A stretch of DNA of 60,362 bases, counting the filler, from Hausera hauseri (Eukaryota), in assembly GCA_046269625.1 (NCBI GenBank). It is 12 parts of 12 records of this genome, joined end to end, with 100 filler letters (N's around TTAATTAATTAA, not from the genome) between each part and the next. Parts side by side here need not be neighbours in the genome. Positions count along the whole stretch, not along the records: positions 18,169 to 26,053 come from JBJURY010894286.1; positions 26,154 to 30,419 come from JBJURY010667997.1; positions 30,520 to 34,790 come from JBJURY010665329.1; 9 more parts are not named here. The stretch is one strand, 5' to 3'. Positions 24,101-34,890 of the stretch are shown here, one piece after another. The stretch's first letter is position 1; each line of letters begins with the position of its first letter. A program made the translations under genes and the position numbers. A model generated the notes under the pieces. The model made no database searches. It was not told the DNA's origin and was given only the letters and a program-made list of their open reading frames with translations.

Positions 24101-25723
24101 CGTACCTTATTGTTCTGAGCTCACAGCACCTGTTGCATATTTATCATCCGGAAAAAAGAGGCAGCTGATTAACTGGACCCCTGATTTAGTCACTAAGTTT
24201 GATCGCTTACGCGATGGCCTTAAAACCGTCGACATACTGGCCTATCCAAAGTTGAACGCAAATCTTATACTTACCACCGATGCCTCTACCACAGCAACCG
24301 GTGCAGTACTACACCAAATTTCCAACGGGCTTGAAGAACCATTAGAATTTTACTGTAGGAAGCTTACTCAACCCCAAAGCCGTTATTCAACATTTGACCG
24401 TGAGTTACTCGCCATAGTTCTGGCAGTAAAACATTTTAAACACCTACTTCTCTCTCGTCCATTTGTGATTCAAACTGATCACAAGCCTCTCCTGCACATC
24501 ATGTCGTTAAAACAACCATCACCGAATGAAGAGAGACATATAACATACCTGTCTACTTTCAGCTTTGTTTTGGAATATATCTCAGGCACAGATAATTTGG
24601 TGGCAGATTTTCTATCGATGTCGGTTGGCTCCATCACAGTTGAGCCGATTTTCTCATTCGAAGTATTAAAGGCAAATCTACCGTCTGCTGACTTCCTTAG
24701 TTCCTTCAAATCTTTCGAGATCATCTACGGCATAGCCCATGACACGTCAAACACCGGTAATAAAAATATAATTCTAGCACCACCTTTACAAAAGCCAGCT
24801 TTTGTTCATACGCAATCACTCCATCATCCAGGTTCTAAAGCAACTCTTCGCCTGTTACAACGTCATGCAGTTTGGCCGTCAATGATCAAAGATGTACATG
24901 GCTGGGTTAAGAAATGCATAGCATGTCAAAAATACAAAATCAACAAACACCTTAAACCGCCGCTGTACAATTTCCCATGTACATCACGTTTCCATATGGT
25001 TCATCTTGATGTCGTTGGTCCTTTACCTTCTGACAACGGATATCAATATATCCTTACTATGATGGATCGTGCTTCTTGCTAGCCGGAAGCCGTTCCTCTC
25101 CGTTCAACGAACACTGATTCAGTAGCTGACGCCTTTATAAAAATCTGCATCATTTATTTTGGTTCCCCACGTTACATAATAACGGATCAAGGTCCACAAT
25201 TTGAGTCGGAACTTTTCAAATCACTTGTCAGACGCTTGGAGATATCCCATCTGCATACTACACCATATCATCCTTAAGCAAACTGCCTCCTTGAAGGGTT
25301 CCATCAAACAATGGAAATTTCTATAAAAATTTTGGCTGACAATCATCGAAATTGGACATCCATTCTCCCATTTGTTCTACTATGGTGGCACAACACACCC
25401 TCTACCACCACCGGTTGTGCTCCAGCTAAGGCACTCTTTGGGACTCCAATTCAAGCTCTATTTGAACTTTCTGATCTCGACGACAACCCCACAGACGAAA
25501 ATATTTGTGCAACACAATCTCATTTAATCAAGGTCAGCTCAAATTTATTCTGCCGTCTCTTTAACAAGAAAAAATCTTATATTCCAAAGGATTTATACTT
25601 CGCTAAGTTTGTGTGGCTGAATGATCAATCGCCTTCTGGTTTTAGGCCTCAATATGTTGGCCCATACAAACTGCTGAATCTTTCATCTCACATAGCTGCC
25701 ATCTTACGCCAAGATAAACCTTA
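21185..25723 (+). mobile_element. gag-pol: Near full-length decayed Ty3/Gypsy (CsRn1-like): probable 5' LTR ~21185-21410, gag ~21540-22616, PR-RT-RH-IN 22619-25723; 3' end cut by a Polinton terminus
   Basis: Gag with two C-x2-H-x9-C-x3-C motifs; PR FLIDPGAAFSLLP; RT YRPCGDY, MPFGL, YIDDIL; RNase H TTDAS, FDRELLA; IN HLDVVGPLP, TDQGPQF, YVGPY. Confidence 0.95.
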
Positions 25724-26053
25724 AGTAGTATAAAAATGCGGGTTCTGGATCACCCCCCGCCCCCCCATGCAGCCAATCCGATGCGTGCTTGATGCGCACA
25801 CCCGCACGGACGGATAGATTCGACGACGTAGGTTCCAAAAAACACACCGTGCACGGTGCATGGTGCACCCCGGAAGCAGGGGAAGTGCACGAAAAATGCG
25901 GATGTAAGAAGGAAGTGGTGCACGGCCATGTGTAGCACACAGAAATGATGGGGGGCGGAAGACGCATCGAATGGTGAAGGACCGAAGTCGATGGGGTGTC
26001 GGGGGAAAGAAAGGGGAAGGGGCAAAAAAGTGATCCAGAACCCGCATATGGTT
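25724..26053 (+). mobile_element. Polinton/Maverick terminal inverted repeat
   Basis: Begins AGTAGTATAAAAATGCGGGTTCTGG exactly where the Gypsy IN homology stops; aligns with 10090-10412. Confidence 0.8.
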
Positions 26054-26189
26054 NNNNNNNNNNNNNNNNNNNNNNNNNNNNNNNNNNNNNNNNNNNNTTA
26101 ATTAATTAANNNNNNNNNNNNNNNNNNNNNNNNNNNNNNNNNNNNNNNNNNNNCAACTACGATTCGATGTATCAAAACATCCACACAAA

Positions 26190-26516
26190 ATGCGATTCAA
26201 ACGTAGTCAGCCGTACTTTATTGCTTTGCTCAAGGCACCTACGAGACATAAGCGACACATGTTGCGATCATTCCCGCAGTTTGTCGTGGACGATTTGATG
26301 GAAATTTTGTACAATATCGTTATGGGTCACGTTGACATTGGTAGTGGGAAGCGGAATTTACTAAAGTATGGAAAACGACTCATTGGCCTTGCCAACGCTC
26401 GTGGTAAAGGACTGAAACGAGAGGTCATGTACCAGCAAGACGGCGGATTCCTTGGTGCAATTTTACCGATTGTCACGTCATTACTGGGTGGACTCATCTG
26501 TAGAAGTTTAGTATAA
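26190..26516 (+). CDS. Conserved small Polinton/adintovirus protein with a C-terminal amphipathic helix
   Basis: EILYNIVMGHVDI...QQDGGFLGAILPIVTSLLGG pattern, typical of the small Maverick ORF found beside the integrase. Confidence 0.72.
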   Translation: MRFKRSQPYFIALLKAPTRHKRHMLRSFPQFVVDDLMEILYNIVMGHVDIGSGKRNLLKYGKRLIGLANARGKGLKREVMYQQDGGFLGAILPIVTSLLGGLICRSLV

Positions 26517-26619
26517 ACAATGACAGTAAATATAGTGATTTGCGATATGGGTGCATGGTAAACAATTGTCTGTCACAGTTTACTGAATCTTTCATTTGCG
26601 TTTCGTTTAAACTGTTGTA

Positions 26620-27690
26620 ATGCAAGCAAAACCGACACCATCAACGACAGCGATGGGGGACGTGTGGTTCCATCCGCGCCATCCCGTCAGGTATACTGGC
26701 GTCGGCAAACTAGCAAAGACTGTCAAACAGACTCGGCAACAGACCCTATGTTGGCTCGGGAAACAGTTAATATACCGCCTAAACAAACCGATAAAAAAGC
26801 GGTTTCCAACTCGTGCATACCGTGCTGCTGGTGTAAATAATGTATGGCAAATGGATCTGATGGAAATAATTCCGTACTCCCGCATCAACGATGAGTATCG
26901 GTACGTGCTGACATGTGTTGATGTGTTTAGTCGTTTTTCACGTGCAATTACCGTGAAATCTAAATCCGGTAGAAATTGCCAACGCTGTTCAGATTTATTG
27001 CACAACAACAACCAACGAAGCATTTACAAACGGATTTGGGTAAGGAATTCTACAACACACACGTTGAAGCGGTCTTTGAACGGTTCAGGGTAAACCACTA
27101 CTCAGTGTTTTCCAAATACAAGGCTGAACTCGTTGAACGATTTAATCGAACATTGCGCAGTCGCCTAAACAAGTTCTTTACGAAGCAAGGCAACAAACAC
27201 TGGGTAGATGTACTGCTGGATATTATTCATGCATACAATCATTCGACGCATCGTGGCATCAACGGATTATGTATGGTTGACGCAATCGATGATTTGGACA
27301 TGTGGCTTTATCAAAACCGAACACCACAACGACAACGACATGCAATTAAACGCCCAATATATAAAATCGGTGCTTACGTACGTATTTCGAAAATAAGTGT
27401 GACACCATTTATTAAGAATTGCAATCAGAACTGGAGCGACGAGGTTTTCCGCATTTCCGCAATAAACACAAAACAAACACCTGCCATGTACATTTTAGAG
27501 GATGAAAAGGTAAGGAAATACGCGGTAAATTGCACGAACAGGAACTGCAGCTACCGCCTGAGAAACCCTATGTATATCGCATTCAGAAAATTCTACGTTC
27601 ATGTGGGAAAAGTTCGAATAAACAATATCTCGTCAAGTGGCACGGATACACTACACCGAGTTGAATTTTTGCATCACAGATTCAATGAGC
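26620..27690 (+). pseudogene. int: Polinton retroviral-like (c-)integrase with chromodomain-like tail, frameshifted
   Basis: WQMDLMEI, YRYVLTCVDVFSR, LQTDLGKEFYN, KAELVERFNRTL, YNHSTH, QNWSDEVFRI; tail YRIQKIL..YLVKWHGY. Confidence 0.93.
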
Positions 27691-28713
27691 AGCAACATGT
27701 ACTTGGTACTTGATAGTAACGGATCATTGTCACAACATGATGACAATGACAATACCGCTAAACAGTTTACAATTCACTTGGACCAACCGGTCGATTTACG
27801 TCACGGAGCCTGGGAAGTGGCTTTGACGGAATTCACATTCACATTTTCACCAATGACAATACGTCAGAACAGTGGTAATTTACCCGACAAGAAACGTACC
27901 CTACTTTAAGTCGTTTGCGGACAATGCGACACAATAACCGATGTATTCTTCGCAATTATTCGCACCAACATTTCTCGGTTTATGTTTATTTTTCAAACTA
28001 CCGTATGAAACTAATGCATCGAAATCCCATGGAAATGGAGTTTAATTCTATAGCTGATGCTCAGGCATGGGGTATTCAATTCGTCAAAGTACACAACGTC
28101 TACGGCTAGATGGACATGTTATAATTGGTGAAAAATTGGACCTTTCGTACAATCAGTCTTCCGCTCATATATTATACCACACGATTTATTAATGGAAACG
28201 AAACTGGAATTGTGTGAGTACGTCAAGAAAACGGCTACAATAGCCGTAAAGACATGTTAAATAAACGCAGATGGTCATATTTCGATTATACTATATGACA
28301 ATGTTACATATTTTGCCTTTGATGAATTATTGGCTCGAAATCTGGGTTTTTCACAACGTGAATTCTATCAAAACATTGTTGGACGATCTAATGTTGCCAA
28401 ATACCAACCACAACTCTATGGAGCATTTCATCGAATCAACATTGTAACGGACTTAACCGAATCCGTACTCGTTGGCGGAGAACGTAAACAACTGTTGGCT
28501 TCTATCGAACTGGATTCTGACACGTACGAAACATCATCATCGGGTGAAACTGTTCGCGTTATTATGTTCAGACCTATGTACTTATCATTGTCTCACAATA
28601 TTGTACACAGTATTTGCATGTATATGTATGATGAATTTTGGGAACCCATTAAATTTCTGTTCGGGTCAACGACACATTTGACGTTACATTTTGGACGTCG
28701 TCAACGCCGATAA
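27685..28713 (+). pseudogene. Polinton minor capsid (penton-like) protein, copy 1
   Basis: MYLVLDSNGS..NTAKQFTIHLDQPVDL..WEVALTEF at the start; DLTESVLVG..LL..PMYLSL..HLTLHF at the end. Confidence 0.85.
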
Positions 28714-28739
28714 TAAACAAACTGCGTCATCACCATCAT

Positions 28740-29827
28740 AATCATCAAGATAATAAGTATTTACATTGTGTTGCTCAGAAACAGTTGTCCGACGACTCGT
28801 CCGAACAATTTCGCTAGTGAATACGTTGTAGATTAGAAGAATGTTTTGGATTTATCTGCTGGGCAATGGGAGGTTGCACTGATGGAATTTAACTTTACGC
28901 ATCGGTGACATTGAAAGGTAGTATGAAAATAACGTATAACAAGACTGTTACTAAAATCAAAACACATTCTTGTCCTCTGATACTTACTAACAATAAAATA
29001 ACAGTTGGAGAATCGGCCATTTGCACAACCGAAACAGGTTCCGGTTCATACTGCAAAATCGGTATTTATATTTTAGGAAAAACTTAGTTTTATGGCAAAT
29101 TTTGAATTTACTGCTACCTTTCCGTCCTCTGAGATGGTGCAAAAATTTGGATTCAACAATACAGAGTACAAAGGCATTCATATTAAAAGTGAAAATATAG
29201 TTGCTCCAACATTAAGTCCCGTATATTACAGACAACCGTGAAATTTACCTATGCAACAGTAAGGGTGTCAACGTCATACGTATCGATTGGAGACAATGTC
29301 TGTTGTGAATCTGTAGCACAGCTCTGTTAAAACTTTTCTTCTAATAAAAAGTACAAGGCGATATTTAAAATTTTCGAGTCAAATAAAAATGGGTATGTTA
29401 AATTTAAACTGGAAAAGGATATTGTCGACATTTCATTGGACAAAGCTTTGGTCATGGTATTGGGTTTTGAAAAACAGCCGTTTCAGACATCATATACGAA
29501 GACAGGGGCGGAGGTGGCAAATATTGCAACACTCAAACCCAAACTGTAAAAACGGGATTAAGTCAAATGTGCATTTACGTGAACGTCACCTAACCGATTT
29601 TGGTCGGTGTAGTACGTGTACCGCTACTTCGAGTAATTTATACGGAAAGCAGCAAGTATACTGCCAGCGACAATGTCACTGTCAAGCTCGATAATCCAAT
29701 GTACTTACCTGTGGCATCTACATCTATAAATAATGTTGAATTGAATATCCTATGTGAAGCGGGCTACTTTATCGAATTTCCGTATAATACCACAACCAGT
29801 CAAACGCTTCATTTCCGTCAAATCTAG
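28740..29827 (+). pseudogene. Polinton minor capsid (penton-like) protein, copy 2
   Basis: IYIVLLRNSC..PNNFASEY..LDLSAGQWEVALMEF; ends VGVVRVPLLRVI..NPMYLPV..TLHFRQI*. Confidence 0.85.
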
Positions 29828-29834
29828 CAACAAC

Positions 29835-30179
29835 ATGATTGATTCTGAAACCGCAACAGGGCGGAGAACTGCCGTATTTTGTTGGTAAACAGTATGGTTC
29901 TGGATAGTTGCGTACATTGGAACGCTTAGCATTTCCTGTGTTGGAACGTATCTGTGCCGTGACAGCAAAAACAGCACAGGACGTACTATATGAAAACAAA
30001 TCGATTTTACCATCACTGAAGGAACACGCCTTGTAGGAAATAAAAGCGCTGCACCGAAAGTCGTTGAATCAGTCAGGAAACAATTCGCTGGCAGTGGCTT
30101 AATGACGAGAAAACGCCGTAGAGCATCATCGAGTTCATCAGCTATAAACAAATGTCGCCGTCTTACGATTTTCGATTGA
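29835..30179 (+). pseudogene. Polinton core/membrane-active protein upstream of the major capsid gene
   Basis: QQGGELPYFVGKQYGSG*LRTLERLAFPVL ... AGSGLMTRKRRR..TIFD*: GG/GxG protease-site-like motifs and a basic tail. Confidence 0.75.
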
Positions 30180-30182
30180 CTG

Positions 30183-30419
30183 ATGGCATCTGCAAAATCT
30201 GAATTGAGTATATTTGACAAAGGCGCGCCACTAGTTATTATTGACAATGCGGCATTTGAAGAAATCTACCCCGTTGATTCGGTTTCAACAGACGATAACA
30301 TTGACATTCCATTCAACATTATGGCATCGGACAATGAATACGTGGATTTGAACGATACGCTACTCTATGTAAAAGTCATTGTTAAAAAGGATGCAGCAAC
30401 GGTTCTCGGTGCAACAGAC
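30183..30419 (+). CDS. Polinton major capsid protein (hexon-like) N-terminus, cut by the contig end
   Basis: AKSELSIF...EIYP...IPFNI..NEYVDLNDTLLYVKV matches the Maverick MCP start KSELDLF..IEF.I...YIDL..T.L.VK. Confidence 0.88.
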
Positions 30420-30519
30420 NNNNNNNNNNNNNNNNNNNNNNNNNNNNNNNNNNNNNNNNNNNNTTAATTAATTAANNNNNNNNNNNNNNNNNNNNNNNNN
30501 NNNNNNNNNNNNNNNNNNN

Positions 30520-30792
30520 CCCCCAAAACCACTTTTCTTTCAGGTGACCTTTAACCCCTTTCCTTACGGATTTTTCATCCGGTCACGCTTTTTGCGTCAT
30601 TTCCTGCCCGGATATTACGCAACTTCCTGTGAAAATTGCGCAACTTCCGTTGGAAATTGCGTAATTTCCTCCGGATGTTACGCAATTCGGACCGGAAGTG
30701 ACGCAGTTTCCACCGGAAGTTGCGCAATTCTACACCGGAAGTTACGCAATCGGGGGGTGGGGGTGGCCCAGAACCGGCAATTTTATACTACT
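30520..30792 (-). mobile_element. Polinton terminal inverted repeat of a different family
   Basis: Minus strand begins AGTAGTATAAAATTGCCGGTTCTGG; interior differs from the other two termini and holds ~22-bp CCGGAAGTTRCGCAA repeats. Confidence 0.75.
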
Positions 30793-33700
30793 CGCACGGC
30801 ATCTGATTTCGGAGCCAGACAAACTTTGCAGAATATAAATCCTCGGGTAGGTACGTTTTATTATTATGTAGTATTTTGCAGAATGAATCTTTACTGACAA
30901 AGACAGAGTGGTCCTGTGCCGTTCGGATAGCTTCGTATGTAGGTGTATCTTTCAAGGCGATTAGCTCAAAGAATGAACGTACAGGTGCTCCGAATAGAGC
31001 TGCCATAGGTGAACAACCTGTAGAAGTGGAATGAGTGTTTCGCCAACCCAGTAGAATTAACGGAAGAAGAGCTGTCCAACTGCTATTGGATTCAGCGAGG
31101 ATTCTCAGTGACGTTTTCAGTGTTCTGTGGAATCTCTCTAGAAGACCATTTGATTGGGGGTGATATGGTGTTGTGTGTATATGGCTGATTCCTTATCGGT
31201 TAAAGAGTGATTTAAACAAGTTTGACTCAAACTGAGTATCTTGGTCCCTAATAATGAATCTAGGGAATCCAAATCTGCTGATCTAAGTACGTATGGAAAC
31301 GTCGGTTATTGTGTCCGTGTTAATGCTCCGTATAGGGACAGCTTCTGGCCATCGTGAGGAACGAACCATCATGGTCAAAATGAACTAATGACCGTTGTCA
31401 GGGGAGAGAGGGCCAACAAGATCTATATGTACAAACTCGAAACGCAATGTGCAAGGGAAATGATATAGTAGTGGCTTCAAATGCTTGATGGTTTTAAATG
31501 TTTGGCAGACCACACATTCCTTAACCCACGCTTGCACATCAGAACGCATAGTCGGCCAGATTACTTGTCGGTGAAGCAAGCGAAAGGTGGCCTTAGCACC
31601 AGGATGATGTACTGAATGTACGCTGTTGAATGCCTGTTTTTGCAAGGCAGGAGCTAAGGTTACTGTCCTGGTTTAGACATGTCGAAGGCCACACCGTCAA
31701 TGATATTGTCAGGTCGAAAAGATTTAAGCATGTCTGAAGGTAGTTGGTTTTCTTGCAGCTGATTTTGTGTCAAATAGGCTTAAAGTTAATTGAGCCAACT
31801 GACCTTGATAGAAAGTTGGCGACTAAGTTATTTACACCGTTAATGTGTTTGATCTCAAAATTTAATGTCGACAAGTATGAGATCTGTCGTTCCTGCCGAG
31901 ATGATGGGTGTTTCATTGTCATTATATTGATTAAAGGCTTGTGGTCGGTCTATATGGTAAAGTGGCGAGCAGTAAGTAGATGGGAGAAGAGTTTTAATGC
32001 GAGAACTATGGTCAAAATCTGTCGGTCAAACGTTGAGTACCTAGCTTCAGGAGGTATTAACTTGGGTGGAAAAAACTCCAAGGCCTGGTTTTCTCCTCGA
32101 TGAATTTGATGAAGTACTGCGCCTACTGCGGTGGTGGAGGCATCTGTAGTGAGGATGAGCTCTGCATCATGCTTAGGGAAAGCTAATATTTCTACTGTTT
32201 TTAAACCTTCTCTTAGCTTTTCGAATTTGTTTACTAGTTCGAAAATCCATATTATTGGCTGATGTTTTTTCCGCCAGAGGTGAGCAAATGGTGCAGTAAG
32301 TTTAGAGCAGTACGGCACATACTTGTGAACGAAGTGCAAAATTCCAAAAAAGCTCCTCATTTCTGTTATTGTTCGAGGTAGCTGCACAATTTTTAGGGCT
32401 TCAAGTCGATCGGGCTGAGGCAAGTTACCTTCAGAAGAAATAATGTGACCAAGGAAATTTATGCGCTTCTCGAAAATGTGACATTTGGCAAAATTTATCT
32501 GCAGGTTACATTGGTGTAAACGTTGAAAGATTGATCTGAGGTGTTCTCGTGTTGTTGAGTCGAAGAGGAAACAATTTATATGTCATCGATATAGGGGTGA
32601 GCATGTGGAAAATCAGAAATGATAGCATCGATGTGGCGTTGAAAAGTCTGCGCAGCATTCCGTAGGCCTAAAGGCATGTACCGATATTCATAAAAGCCAA
32701 AAGGTGTAGTTACGGCTGTTTTTTCGATATCTTCAGGTGCCATCGGAATTTGGTAGAAGGCTTTGAATAAATTAATGGTGGAATAAATTGTGGTGTTATT
32801 AAGACGGTGTAAGATATCCTTAATGAGTGGTAGTGGGTATGCATCCATTATTGTCAAAGTGTTTAACTAATAATAATCACCACATGGTCTAGAAGTTCCG
32901 TCCTTCTTTTGCACGACATGCAATGGCTCCGACCATGGGGATTTGGAGCGACGCACGATTCAGGAACGTTCGAGGTCTAGAAATTCGGCTTCAACGGCCT
33001 GTCTACGACGAGGAGATAATGGACGCCGTTTTTTTAGCGGATAGGTCTTTGGTGTTATGTTGCAATGTGGTGAAAAGTGGTATTTGCTGGTCTCTTTTTG
33101 AATTATTCCAGAACAAGATACGTTGATTAATTGCTGCAGACTTGCAGGTAATTGTGAAAAGTTTGGTGGAAGTAAGGTAGTTTTATCAGTAACTGTTGCA
33201 ATTTGGGCGTTATTTGGTGATCGAAAATGAAGTGGTTTTCGATGCGGGATGGTAGTATTGAAGGTGGTATTGCAGGTGGTAGTGTTATCTAGTGATTTGG
33301 CAGTGGTAACGGAATCACGCTCATCGCCGTGCAAACCCCAATCGTCAGTAATATTGTTTTTCTATCATTTACAAAACAAGGTTCCATGATTGTAAAAAAA
33401 GGTTTGTTCAACGGTTTTTTTAATATCAGTTTTCAAGTTGCATTCACCCGTACGACAGTCTAAATGGTATCGGCGTGATCGATTAGCTCCTTATTGCAAC
33501 CACTTGTTAAGCAACGTTGTTTTCAATCGACAAGGAGATTATAGTGCGAAAGGAAGTCGGATCCTAAAATGGCTGTCTGGAAGTTTGCAACGGTAAACGT
33601 CCAGTGGAACGTTGGAGTAAATTTCTGAATAGTAAAAGAAAGCTTACAAGTACCGGAAACATGTAGCGGTTGTCCGGAAGCTGTAAGTAGAGGTTTATTT

Positions 33701-34790
33701 TTGGTGAAGTGTGTTGAGTTGGAAAGGTGAGCGGCAGTAAAGAAATCGCTGCACCTGAATCGATAAGGAAGTCTATTTGGCGAGTTGTTGGTAACGTAGG
33801 TACTGCTTTTACTGTAAATACGGCGAAAGAAAGTTTTCAGCTGGTATAAACTGGAAGATGGCCTTCGCCAAGACTCGCCGTAAGCTCTGGCGGAGGAACT
33901 AGTTTTTTGGCAGTGGTGAACTTGGGCGGCTGTTAGAAGGCAAGAGAGAATGTCCTACATTCGTATGTTGAGTGTTGCTTCTAAAGGTACAAGCAGTGAT
34001 ACACTTATGTGCATAATTCTTAAACTTTGCGTGGTAAATGCAAATAGCGTTGTTAATTTGATACTTTTGGGTGTAAACGCGGTACCCGAGATGACATTTT
34101 TGTGCTTTATGTGCAAACCTATCATGGTAAAACAGATCAGCGATCGCCCAGGAGAAGGAGACCGACCTCTGGTACTGAGCATATGCGATCGGAGGCGGAA
34201 CCCTTTCGTGGATTCATAGAGATTTCATTTAATCTATCGTTGATATGGTTTATTGTATTATGTAGGGCTGCGTTTTTGGCTCGCACCTGTTGTATTTGAT
34301 ATTTTAATGTGTTGTCGTTTGCTGTAAGCGCCGCAGAGATGATAGGTTGTGTGTTAAATGTAGAATCTCGTACGTTTTGTCTGCAAGTTTGGCTAACTTA
34401 TCTAGCGCCGTCGATTTCTCGATGACGGTAAACAGGGTCTTGATCTGAATCGGTAATGCGTTTAGAAAGTATCGTCGTAAGAGATCGGAATTATTTTGTT
34501 TTGTAACGCCGATTGTTTGCAGTTGAGCGAGACAGATTCTGAGAAAATCGGATGGTTTAGTGTACCCATAGCCTTATCATTAAAGATTCTATGGATTATG
34601 GAATATATAGACTGTTCCTTGAGCTTTAAAACTGCATTATAGAGATGGGTGTATGGGTTGGATTGTTGAAAGATGTCTAAAATATCATGAAGAGAAGTCT
34701 TTACTGTGTTTGGTAAGAGGTAAAGTAAGCTATGAGCTTTGGCTGAGGGATCGGTAATACAGTTAGACTGCAGCCAAAGTTTGTGAAAGT
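30793..34790 (-). mobile_element. gag-pol: Decayed Ty3/Gypsy (CsRn1-like) gag-pol; IN C-terminus cut by a Polinton terminus
   Basis: Gag with doubled CxxH knuckle (~33970-34140), FLIDSGAAISL (~33745-33780), YPLP, MPLGLRNAAQTFQR, YIDDI, TTDAS, HIDLVGPL, AKFVWL. Confidence 0.94.
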
Positions 34791-34890
34791 NNNNNNNNNN
34801 NNNNNNNNNNNNNNNNNNNNNNNNNNNNNNNNNNTTAATTAATTAANNNNNNNNNNNNNNNNNNNNNNNNNNNNNNNNNNNNNNNNNNNN

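Noticed and set aside
25704-26047. Short ORFs within TIRs (also 9999-10442 and 30544-30897)
   Set aside because: GC-rich non-coding repeats give open frames on both strands; no protein motifs.
26054-30519. One complete Polinton formed by the TIR at 25724, the structural genes and the TIR at 30792
   Set aside because: The three pieces are on separate contigs joined by linkers, and the two TIR interiors differ.
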